Part shown: positions 20,977 to 29,551 of the stretch, piece by piece
Layout: each line of letters starts with the position of its first letter
Position numbering within the stretch: position 1 is the first letter of the stretch
From: Candidatus Heimdallarchaeota archaeon
GTDB lineage: Archaea > Asgardarchaeota > Heimdallarchaeia > Heimdallarchaeales > Heimdallarchaeaceae
NCBI GenBank assembly: GCA_030668875.1
Contig: DAOVER010000021.1
Location: 26,082-58,081, forward strand
Direction of reading: 5' to 3'
Length of the DNA: 32,000 nt
Notes under the pieces: model-generated
What the model was told of the DNA's origin: nothing
The model's input: the letters and a program-made list of their open reading frames with translations, nothing else
The model's database searches: none
Translations under genes and position numbers: made by a program

Positions 20977-21140
20977 ATGACAGAAATGAATTATGATGTT
21001 GTAATCATCGGCGAGGGAATCTTTGGCATGCTCTTTACAGTGGAGAAGAAAACGCAAAACTCTTCGGTGGTAAGGAATTCAAAGTTTCAAGGCTTGGGTT
21101 AGAATCAAGAGACGTGGATAAAGAGTATTTTGTTATTTAG
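20977..21140 (+). pseudogene. Relic of an FAD-dependent oxidoreductase (N-terminal dinucleotide-binding motif joined out of frame to a probable C-terminal fragment)
   Basis: MTEMNYDVVIIGEGIFG is a GxGxxG beta-alpha-beta start; that frame stops at 21102. A second frame gives ...ALYSGEENAKLFGGKEFKVSRLGLESRDVDKEYFVI* ending at 21140. Confidence 0.65.
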
Positions 21141-21156
21141 ATGCTCCTTCCCCCTT

Positions 21157-21960
21157 TCATATCTGGGGAATATCAAACCCATTTTCATTTCTTAGATTTG
21201 TTTTAAATCTGTTAACTTTACGTTTAATCTTTTCTTCATCTTCCTCTGTTATTTTTTCTAAATAATTCCAAATAAGGTTTTTTTCTTCTTTTTCAGTAAA
21301 ATAATTAGGAATTTGTGAACCTATTACTACGGCAGTAGACTTTATAACATCCATCTTAGGAACAGATTTCGAATGAACTAAACCATACCCTTCTATTTCC
21401 ATAATCTGCAATTTCTCTTTATGTTGAGGATATACTGAAATCATATGATTAACTGTTTGACAATAAGTGTCTTTTAGTTTGAGAGTATAGGCTAATTTTT
21501 TAATTTTTGAGATGTAACCTTTTTGAATTAGCTCAATCTGCTTCTTTTTCATTTCATTATAACTAAATGATTTTCCTGTACTCAAACCTTCCATATTATC
21601 CTTTATGATTACAAAATGATTTTGGGATAGTTTCTCGTGAATTAATGTAAGTAAGTTATCAAGAATTGCTAGAAAATAAATAGCTATTTGATTACGAGTA
21701 AAATGTTTGTTTTCGTTAATCCGATTCACAATTAGTAATAATTGTAAATTCTCAAATTGTGTTACTGCTTGAATAAGAAATTCTTGTGGGATATGATCTT
21801 GTAGAACTAAATTTATTTCATCTATACATCCTTGAACACGCTCTTCTTGCCTTTCTAAAGATTTCAAGAATTTTTCTTTAACGGTGACTTGTACATTAAT
21901 TAGAGAAGAGATTAAATCCTTTTTCAATGTCTTATTTTCTTCTCTAATGACATCCGCCAT
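21157..21960 (-). CDS. Hypothetical alpha-helical protein
   Basis: 267-aa ORF with coding-like composition; no motif recognised. Confidence 0.7.
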   Translation of the reverse strand: MADVIREENKTLKKDLISSLINVQVTVKEKFLKSLERQEERVQGCIDEINLVLQDHIPQEFLIQAVTQFENLQLLLIVNRINENKHFTRNQIAIYFLAILDNLLTLIHEKLSQNHFVIIKDNMEGLSTGKSFSYNEMKKKQIELIQKGYISKIKKLAYTLKLKDTYCQTVNHMISVYPQHKEKLQIMEIEGYGLVHSKSVPKMDVIKSTAVVIGSQIPNYFTEKEEKNLIWNYLEKITEEDEEKIKRKVNRFKTNLRNENGFDIPQI

Positions 21961-22242
21961 TCTATATCCTCAAACACTAATCCGCAATTTCATTTATATA
22001 CGCGCAAAATATTTGAAGAAAAAATGTTGTTTTGAATACCTATTTGAGATATTATTTGCCCTTTTAATACAGAATCGTTGTTAGAAAGTGGAAGAAGTAG
22101 GAAAATATGAAGGAGAGAGAAAAAAAGCGGAAAGAACATGAGAAGTTAGATAAAGTTTACAAGAAAAGAATGAAAAGAAGGTGTGAAGAAGGTCTTAGCC
22201 AAAATCTTCAATTTCGTTCAAGATAATATTCGCAATTATATT

Positions 22243-23700
22243 CTATAGCAATCCAACCTTTTCGTTGAATGATTCTATTAATCCATCAATTGCATCTGTT
22301 TGTTGCTGAATTTGTTTCCAGTAATTTGGATCATACCACTGTCGATTTAGCTCATCAACGTGTTTTCCTTGTTGTTCTACCCAAGTGTAGTACTTTAAGT
22401 GATGAATTCTTTTACGTTGTAAATAATTCAGTTCAAGCATATTATCCATCTTTTGTCCGTCTAGTTTTGTGTAATATGCCTTTATAGCATCATCTCGAGA
22501 AAAATCACCTAGATTGTTTTTCGCTTCAATTAGCCTTGATTGATAAAGTTCCATTGAATCTGTGAATACAGTGAAAACTACGTCGTCTTCAGTTAACTCA
22601 TAATATGTGGCAAATTTGATGGCCATTAACATATTAGCAATACTTGATATTCCTAGGAGTTGGAGTTTATCGATTACATCTTCATGAATACCAATTTCTT
22701 TTAGATACTTATGTCCACTAGGTTCGTTAAATAGTCTCATAAGTTGGAACGTGTCATTATCATCTATAGCTATAACCATATCTGTATTCTTAACATTGTG
22801 AATCCAAGGAATATGTTTATCGCCAATTCCTTCAATAGTGTGAGCGCCATAACCATTCAATAACATAGTAGGGCATTGTAGAGCCTCACCAGCAGCAATC
22901 TTCAAATGTGGATGAATCTGTTTAAGATAGTCTCCACAACCTAGAGTTCCAGCTGATCCAGAGGTTAAAACAAGACCTGCAAAGTTTTTTGAATTAAATT
23001 TTGTTTGATACACTTCATCGATTGCATGTCCTGTAACTTCATAATGCCAAAGATAATTACCAAACTCGTCAAACTGGTTAAAAACAAAAATGTTTTCTCT
23101 GCTTCTTTTTAATTCCCAAACTTTGTCAAAAATTTCTTTGACATTACTCTCACTACCTGGGGTTTTAATAATCTCTCCAGCAACAGATTGAAGCCATTTA
23201 AACCTCTCTTCCGACATTTCTTCTGGAAGGATTGCAATAGATTCGCATGAGAGTAATGTCGCATCATATGCACCTCCTCGACAGTAATTTCCGGTACTGG
23301 GCCATACTGCCTTATGTAATATAGGATTAAACTGTCCTGTAATTAGACTAGGAACTAGACATCCAAAGGTTGCTCCAACTTTGTGTGCTCCTGTAGGGAA
23401 AAATTTTCCAACAAGTGCAACAATTCGAGCTTTTACACCAGTTAATTCAGAAGGAAGTTCGAAATAATTAACACCATTAAATCCCCCTCCCTTTGAAATA
23501 GGTTCATTTTTCCAAGTGATTCTAAATAGATTTCTGGGGTGAAAATCCCATAAACCTACATCTTTCAACTCTTCTAAAATGGTTGAAGGTATTTTAGTTG
23601 GGTCTTTTTGCTGTTTAAAAGTTGGAATAATTATATTTCTATCACGCGCTCTTCTAATAGAATCTTCCAGATTTCTATCATTAATAACCAGATCTATCAT
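22243..23700 (-). CDS. PLP-dependent fold-type II enzyme (cysteine synthase/PALP family, uncharacterised long subgroup); start revised to ATG 23700
   Basis: AHKVGA (PLP Lys), WPSTGNY, SGSAGT glycine loop and IEGIGDKHIPW. Confidence 0.85.
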   Translation of the reverse strand: MIDLVINDRNLEDSIRRARDRNIIIPTFKQQKDPTKIPSTILEELKDVGLWDFHPRNLFRITWKNEPISKGGGFNGVNYFELPSELTGVKARIVALVGKFFPTGAHKVGATFGCLVPSLITGQFNPILHKAVWPSTGNYCRGGAYDATLLSCESIAILPEEMSEERFKWLQSVAGEIIKTPGSESNVKEIFDKVWELKRSRENIFVFNQFDEFGNYLWHYEVTGHAIDEVYQTKFNSKNFAGLVLTSGSAGTLGCGDYLKQIHPHLKIAAGEALQCPTMLLNGYGAHTIEGIGDKHIPWIHNVKNTDMVIAIDDNDTFQLMRLFNEPSGHKYLKEIGIHEDVIDKLQLLGISSIANMLMAIKFATYYELTEDDVVFTVFTDSMELYQSRLIEAKNNLGDFSRDDAIKAYYTKLDGQKMDNMLELNYLQRKRIHHLKYYTWVEQQGKHVDELNRQWYDPNYWKQIQQQTDAIDGLIESFNEKVGLL

Positions 23701-23849
23701 TAGTGGCAATAAAAATCTAACAATCTTTAATTTTTCGAAATAAGGGAAAAAAGCAAAACTAGTATTAAAACCTAGAATCGGCATTTAGAAAAGTCTTTAA
23801 TTTACTGTTTTCCTTTAAGTTATCCATTTGAGATACGAGCTGAAAAAGA

Positions 23850-25607
23850 ATGGCTGCAAGTAAACAAAGTCAAGATAATCTCTGGATGAATTTGGAGAGA
23901 CTCAAATCTGATATCGTTCAGAAATATGAATCAAAAACTCCAACTTCAAAGAAACATTTTGAAGAAGCTAAGAAGTGGCTTCCTGGAGGAGGTACAAGAA
24001 ATGTTGCCCATTTTTCCCCTTACCCTTTCTTCGTTGTTAAAGGAGAAGGTTGCTATCTTCTCGATGTTGATGGCAATGAGTATATTGATGTTCTCAATAG
24101 CATGACAGTTAATATTCATGGTCATGCTCATCCGGAAATAGTAAAAGCTATGCAGAAACAGGCAAGTAAAGGAACAGCACACGCAGCACCTGTGGAACTT
24201 CAATATGAGCTTGCGAAGATCATCTGTGAAAGAACGCCTTCTATAGAATTGATGAGATTTTGTAACTCAGGTACAGAAGCAACTATGTTCGCGATTAGAG
24301 CAGCACGAGAATATACTGGGAAAGACAAAATAATCAAAACCGAAGGAGGATACCATGGTTCTCATGATTACGTCGAAGTTAATATTACGCCCAATCTTAC
24401 TGCAGAAGATTTGCCGATAAAAACTGTAGAAAAAGGTGTACCTGAAACAATTCTCAAAGATGTTTTCATCATACCCTACAATAATCTGAAAGCTGCTGAG
24501 AAAGTAATGAGGAAGCACCATAAAAAAATTGCAGCAATAATTCTCGAACCTGTGTTGGGCTCAGGTGGGGGGGCAATCGCTACAAAAGAGTATCTTCAAG
24601 GATTACGTAAATTGACAAAAAAGTATAATATATTGCTCATTTTCGATGAAGTTATTACATTCCGTATCTCTACAGGTGGTGTTCAGAAACATTATGGTGT
24701 AACTCCTGATTTAACAGCTCTTGGAAAGACCATTGGTGGGGGATTACCTGTAGGAGCTTTTGGTGGAAAATATGAAATAATCGACCAGTTTAATCCAACG
24801 AAAAAGGAATTTATTACTCATTCTGGAACATTTAGTGGAAATGCTATGACCATGGTAGCTGGAAAAGCAGCGATGGAATTGTACGATGAATCTGAAGTCG
24901 AAAGATTGGCAATATTAGGAGATCGGTTAAAAAAAGGTCTTCGAAAAGTATTAGATGAGCTAGAAATCAAAGGGCAAGTTAGTGGTTTACAATCTCTAGT
25001 ATATGTATATCTATTTGATGAGCCAGTTGTAGATGGACGACAAACTGTTTTCAAGATTATACCGACTCTAAATTTTTCAAAATACCTGACTCTTGCACTA
25101 GCAATAAATGGAATTTATGCAGTATCTAGAGGAATAACTGCTTTTATTCTATCAACTCCAATGGATGAGAGAGTTGTTGACGAAATAGTTTCCCGATACA
25201 AGAAAGCAATGTTAATGGTGCTACCATTGTATAATCAAAGTAAGTCGTACGAAGGATTTGCTTCTATAATTTTTGCCATGCTTAAATCTTTAAACACCAA
25301 TCCTGAGTTTCTTAAGAAACATATAAACGATAACTACTCAATGCTTTTAGTAGCTAAAGAAGACCCCAAGGCCATTAAGCTAAAGATACAAAATGGTCTA
25401 ATAGATTTTGAGCAAATTGAAAATTCCAAGAAAAATATCAAGCAAGCTAGAAAGGAATGTGATGGCGCTATAATAACAACTACTGCTACCTTTATTGGAT
25501 TTGGTTCGGGAAAAGTGAATCCAGTTAAAGCCATCCTAAATGGAAAATTGAAGATAAAGGGATTAAAGTACATTCAAATGTTTACTAAATACTTCAAATT
25601 ACTTTGA
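23850..25607 (+). CDS. Class III aminotransferase (GSA-aminomutase-like) fused to a C-terminal SCP2-like lipid-binding domain
   Basis: NSGTEA, GGYHG, ILEPV, FDEVIT, LGKTIGGGLPVGAFGG and HSGTF. The last ~125 aa end in TF..F.SGKVNPVKAILNGKLKIKG, the SCP2 signature. Confidence 0.85.
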   Translation: MAASKQSQDNLWMNLERLKSDIVQKYESKTPTSKKHFEEAKKWLPGGGTRNVAHFSPYPFFVVKGEGCYLLDVDGNEYIDVLNSMTVNIHGHAHPEIVKAMQKQASKGTAHAAPVELQYELAKIICERTPSIELMRFCNSGTEATMFAIRAAREYTGKDKIIKTEGGYHGSHDYVEVNITPNLTAEDLPIKTVEKGVPETILKDVFIIPYNNLKAAEKVMRKHHKKIAAIILEPVLGSGGGAIATKEYLQGLRKLTKKYNILLIFDEVITFRISTGGVQKHYGVTPDLTALGKTIGGGLPVGAFGGKYEIIDQFNPTKKEFITHSGTFSGNAMTMVAGKAAMELYDESEVERLAILGDRLKKGLRKVLDELEIKGQVSGLQSLVYVYLFDEPVVDGRQTVFKIIPTLNFSKYLTLALAINGIYAVSRGITAFILSTPMDERVVDEIVSRYKKAMLMVLPLYNQSKSYEGFASIIFAMLKSLNTNPEFLKKHINDNYSMLLVAKEDPKAIKLKIQNGLIDFEQIENSKKNIKQARKECDGAIITTTATFIGFGSGKVNPVKAILNGKLKIKGLKYIQMFTKYFKLL

Positions 25608-25748
25608 TAAACATTTTTTCTCTTTTATTTTAAAAAATATACTAGTAATTTATTTAGCAGTATGTTTCTTCAATGTTTATCATGAAGCAACTTTTTGTAC
25701 AAAATTAAAAGAAGTGGGGTCTTTTTATAAGAAAATCTGTATAGAAGA

Positions 25749-26975
25749 ATGATGTTAACTAAAGGGAAAGGAACAATAAAGTGGATAAAAACAACCATCC
25801 CTTTAGTACTTAATCCAGGAACAATGAAACAGCTGTATTTGTGTAAAGCTCAAGCTAAAATCTTGGCTTTTGCACAGCAACTCCTACCTTACAAACAACT
25901 AGTTAATTCAGCTCTGCAATTCCACCATCTAGTCTATAAACGGTTCAAGTATCTAGGTATACAGAGCCAAGTACAAGAAGCGGTACAGAGAAGAGTGTAT
26001 GCAGCAAAACGAGCCAAGACCTTTCATCAGTTTCCGATGGAATTTAATTTCCCTCGAAGTGGTGATATTACTCTATCTGAGAGAGGAAATGCCTTAGTTA
26101 AAGTCTCACCACTCAAAAAGCGTATTGCTCTCCCTATTGTGATGAATGGAGGATGGAGAAGAGTAGAAGAGCATAGAAAAGGAGGATGGGAAGCACACAG
26201 CTGTAAAGTGTTTAAAAGAAAACAATCCTGGGTAATGCATCTTATCATGCGTAAAGCACTCCCACTTCCCCAAGAGGTGGAAGGAACCATCGGTGTAGAC
26301 ATAGGAAGGAAGATCATGGCAGCTATCACGGTCAACCATCCTTCGTTCCCACTGGTGGAACAATATCTTGGGAAAGATCTGGCGTGGAAACAGCACCAGT
26401 TCTACAATCGCAGAAAGACCTTGCAAAAGTATGCTGCGCAAGGAGATAGACGTGCACGGCGTGCACTTAGAAGATTAAGAAGAAAAGAAATAAAGTATGT
26501 TCAGACCCGTTGTGCTCAACTAGCACATGAAATAGTAGACCTAGCTGTAGTATCCCGTTCAGCTATAGTTTTGGAGAACCTTAAGCATTTACGAAGAATG
26601 TGGACGAAACAAGCTATGAAAAGAAAAAGAGGAGGAAAGAAAACCAGACGCTCTCTCAATCGTTGGTCCTATAGTCTCTTCCACTCTACTTTAACCAGAA
26701 TAGCACAAATGAATAATATCCCTGTTGTGTTTGTCCGTCCCCACTATACCAGTCAAACCTGTTCCCACTGTGGGAAACGGAGCAAGAAGTCAAGAATAAC
26801 GCGTGATGTGTTCAGTTGTATTTACTGTGGATTTACTGTCAATGCAGACCGCAACGCTTCCCGTAACCTTGCTCTACTTGGAGAAGTAGCTCTTGGTCTT
26901 CCTTTCTTCAATGCTTATCGTTCCTTCCTACCCGTTCCTTGTGAGCGAAGAACCTTGCGTTCTTCAGTATCTTAG
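25749..26975 (+). CDS. tnpB: TnpB RNA-guided endonuclease (IS200/IS605 OrfB)
   Basis: RuvC-I GVDIG, RuvC-II VLENL, zinc finger TSQTCSHC...CIYC and RuvC-III NADRNASRN are all intact. Confidence 0.93.
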   Translation: MMLTKGKGTIKWIKTTIPLVLNPGTMKQLYLCKAQAKILAFAQQLLPYKQLVNSALQFHHLVYKRFKYLGIQSQVQEAVQRRVYAAKRAKTFHQFPMEFNFPRSGDITLSERGNALVKVSPLKKRIALPIVMNGGWRRVEEHRKGGWEAHSCKVFKRKQSWVMHLIMRKALPLPQEVEGTIGVDIGRKIMAAITVNHPSFPLVEQYLGKDLAWKQHQFYNRRKTLQKYAAQGDRRARRALRRLRRKEIKYVQTRCAQLAHEIVDLAVVSRSAIVLENLKHLRRMWTKQAMKRKRGGKKTRRSLNRWSYSLFHSTLTRIAQMNNIPVVFVRPHYTSQTCSHCGKRSKKSRITRDVFSCIYCGFTVNADRNASRNLALLGEVALGLPFFNAYRSFLPVPCERRTLRSSVS

Positions 26976-27050
26976 GCTAAGGTGCGCTCAACCACCTTGT
27001 ATGGCGCGATGAAAGTTCAATCCCTGTCGATTGACTCGAGTGCAAGAGAA
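26900..27050 (+). ncRNA. Putative omegaRNA/reRNA scaffold and right-end hairpin
   Basis: Hairpins GAAGAAC/GTTCTTC (26947-26965), AAGGTG/CACCTT (26979-26998) and TCAATC/GATTGA (27017-27034) overlap or follow the tnpB stop. Confidence 0.55.
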
Positions 27051-27085
27051 ATGTATAAATGCAAATTTGCACAAAAATCAAGTTG

Positions 27086-27985
27086 ATGGTTAGTTTATGT
27101 GCTAGATTTTTTGTTGGAATAATGAAAATGATGAAGATGAAAATACATGGTCCTCTTGATGTAGAAAAGAGTCGGAAGAATCTTGAAGGACAAGTTTTTC
27201 TTTTTAGAACACCTAGAAATGTAAAAGTTGAACCAATTTATATTGAGGGAGTACCTGCAGAATGGTTGCTACCAAAAGGATGTCATACTGATTGTGTGAT
27301 AATCTATCTTCATGGGGGATCTTATCATGCTGGATCATTGAGAACACATCGAGGACTAGCCGCACGTATTGGTGTTAATTCAAAATCCTCAGTCTTATCA
27401 TTAGATTATAGACTTGCTCCTGAAAACCCCTTTCCAGCTGCAATAGAAGATGTGGTTTCAGTATACAGATGGTTGCTTGAAGCTAAAGGATTTGATTCAA
27501 AGAAAATAATTATTTCTGGAGATTCAGCTGGAGGTGGATTGACGCTAGCTTCTTTGTTAAAATTAAAGGAAGAAAACCTAACTTTACCTGCTGCTGCTAT
27601 ATGTCTTTCTCCTTTGACTGACTTTGCAATTACAGGTGAGTCTATCAAGACAAAAGCCGAAGAAGAAATAATGCTTACAGAAAATGAATTGAAACAATCA
27701 GTTGAAATATATGCAAAGGGTCAAGATGTAAAAAATCCCTTGATTTCTCCTTTGTACGCAGATTTGTCAGGTTTACCTCCTTTGCTGATTCAAACAGGAA
27801 CTGCAGAGATTCTCCTTGATGATTCAACTCGTTTTGCTCAAAAAGCTGTAAAACAAGGTGTAACTGTGGACTTGGATTTGTGGGACAACATGTTCCATGT
27901 TTTTCAGATATATGGTAATTTAATACCAGAAAGTAAAAAAGCTTTAAAGAAGATTGGAGATTTTGCTAAATCCAATTTCTCTTGA
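27086..27985 (+). CDS. GDXG/HSL-family alpha/beta hydrolase (esterase/lactonase); start probably ATG 27086
   Basis: YLHGGSY, LDYRLAPENPFPAAIED, GDSAGG nucleophile elbow and W.NMFHVF. Confidence 0.92.
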   Translation: MVSLCARFFVGIMKMMKMKIHGPLDVEKSRKNLEGQVFLFRTPRNVKVEPIYIEGVPAEWLLPKGCHTDCVIIYLHGGSYHAGSLRTHRGLAARIGVNSKSSVLSLDYRLAPENPFPAAIEDVVSVYRWLLEAKGFDSKKIIISGDSAGGGLTLASLLKLKEENLTLPAAAICLSPLTDFAITGESIKTKAEEEIMLTENELKQSVEIYAKGQDVKNPLISPLYADLSGLPPLLIQTGTAEILLDDSTRFAQKAVKQGVTVDLDLWDNMFHVFQIYGNLIPESKKALKKIGDFAKSNFS

Positions 27986-27992
27986 TTTCTCT

Positions 27993-29465
27993 TTATTTCA
28001 ATATACCAATTCTAACATTTTCAAATCTAGTAGGAGCAATTCCATGACCAACATAAGCTGCTTGTCCTGGTTCTCCTTTACCACAATTTGGAGTTCCAAA
28101 GATCTTCCAATGTTTTTCGTTACAGATTCCACTCGCACTACCCCAGAATTCAGGAGTTATACCTTCATAAGTTGGGTTTTTGATCATCTTTGTCATCTCA
28201 CCATTTTCAATCTTCCAACCTATTTCCGTGCCAAATTGAAAATTCATACGTATGTCATCAATACTCCAGCTTCTATTTGTATCTAAGAAGTAACCTTCTT
28301 TAGTATCCTGGATTAATTCGTCGAACTCCCAATCTCCCGGTTCAAGATTAACATTAGTCATTCTTACAATTGGTATTCGATCATATCCCATAGAACGTGC
28401 AGCTCCAGAACTTCTTTCTAATCCAATTGCTTTTGCTGTTTCTCTTGAAGACATGAACCCAGTAAAAATACCTTTATCCACAAGAATATTTCTCTGTGCT
28501 TTTACTCCTTCGTGATCATAATAGAATGTACCCAAACCCCCTGCCACTGTTGCATCAGCAACCATCGTAACTAACTCGTTTCCATACTTGAAATCTTTAT
28601 TCAAAAGATCTGGTGTAAGAAAACTAGTTCCCGCATAAGCGGCTTCATAGCCAATTGCTCTATCTAATTCTGTTGGATGCCCACAGCTTTCATGTACTTG
28701 AAGCGCAAGTTGTGAGTGACCAAGAACAATTGTTGCTTTCCCACTTGGCATCTTTTCTGCTTTTAGTAACTTCATTGCCTCATGAGCAGTTTGTTCTGAT
28801 ACATCTACAAGGTTAAGGCTTTCAAAATACTCATGACCTTGAGTATGGAAATCGCCTCTGAAACTGGCAGGTAAACTCCTTGTTTGTACTTCTCCTCCTT
28901 CAACCGCTGTAGCTGCAACTCCCCCACCACAGAATACAATTGTTTGATCTATTTTTGTTCCTTCAGTTGTATATAGAACCATACGATCCTTTCTACTTAC
29001 ATAGTGACTAGTTGCTACCTTAATTCTCTCTGATACTTCTCTAATACGCTTTACACTCTCTTGAAGCACTTCCATTTTCTCACTTAATTCAACTTCAAAA
29101 GGATCTTTCTTCATCTGAGTTTTCACAGTATCTTCATAGATGGGCTCATCTGCTAATTCAATATCAAATTTCTTAACTAAAGAAGAGGCTTTAGCTATCC
29201 TTACAGCTTTTACAACTAATTCAGTTACTTTATCTCGAGTTAACTCATTTGTACTTGCAAAGCCCCAACTTTTGTTTACCAGACATCTTATTCCAATGCC
29301 AACTTTGTCTAATCGACTAATTCGATCCAAAGTTTCATTTTTATAAGAAATTTCTTCCATCTGAGTATTCATGAATTTAACATCTGCATATTCAACATTG
29401 TTTTTTTCACAACATTTTATTCCATATGCAACAAGATCAGCAACATTCTCAGTTGTGTCACGCAT
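27993..29465 (-). CDS. tldD: TldD-family metalloprotease
   Basis: GIGIRCLV...WGFA, HESCGHPTELDR (HExxxH), YDHEGV, RMTNVNLEPG and GCGKGEP-like NCGKGEPGQ. Confidence 0.9.
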   Translation of the reverse strand: MRDTTENVADLVAYGIKCCEKNNVEYADVKFMNTQMEEISYKNETLDRISRLDKVGIGIRCLVNKSWGFASTNELTRDKVTELVVKAVRIAKASSLVKKFDIELADEPIYEDTVKTQMKKDPFEVELSEKMEVLQESVKRIREVSERIKVATSHYVSRKDRMVLYTTEGTKIDQTIVFCGGGVAATAVEGGEVQTRSLPASFRGDFHTQGHEYFESLNLVDVSEQTAHEAMKLLKAEKMPSGKATIVLGHSQLALQVHESCGHPTELDRAIGYEAAYAGTSFLTPDLLNKDFKYGNELVTMVADATVAGGLGTFYYDHEGVKAQRNILVDKGIFTGFMSSRETAKAIGLERSSGAARSMGYDRIPIVRMTNVNLEPGDWEFDELIQDTKEGYFLDTNRSWSIDDIRMNFQFGTEIGWKIENGEMTKMIKNPTYEGITPEFWGSASGICNEKHWKIFGTPNCGKGEPGQAAYVGHGIAPTRFENVRIGILK

Positions 29466-29486
29466 AATTTCAGATTTTAATACTCG

Positions 29487-29500
29487 TTAAAAACCTTTTT
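29487..29500 (-). promoter_or_regulatory. BRE/TATA of tldD (AAAAAGGTTTTTAA), probably giving a leaderless transcript
   Basis: The motif ends 22 nt before the ATG at 29465. Confidence 0.6.
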
Positions 29501-29551
29501 CCAAAGAATTTGTGAGTGTTTTCAAAGTGAAATGGCATTTTTATTTTCTAG

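Larger units (their letters stand above)
25720..27050 (+). mobile_element. IS1341-like solo-tnpB element (ends approximate)
   Basis: tnpB without tnpA; locally higher GC (30/60 in 26401-26460); hairpins at the right end. Exact ends are not resolved. Confidence 0.65.

Noticed and set aside
25749-27060. Cas12f/CRISPR system
   Set aside because: No repeat-spacer array and no cas1/cas2 anywhere in the window; solo TnpB explains it.
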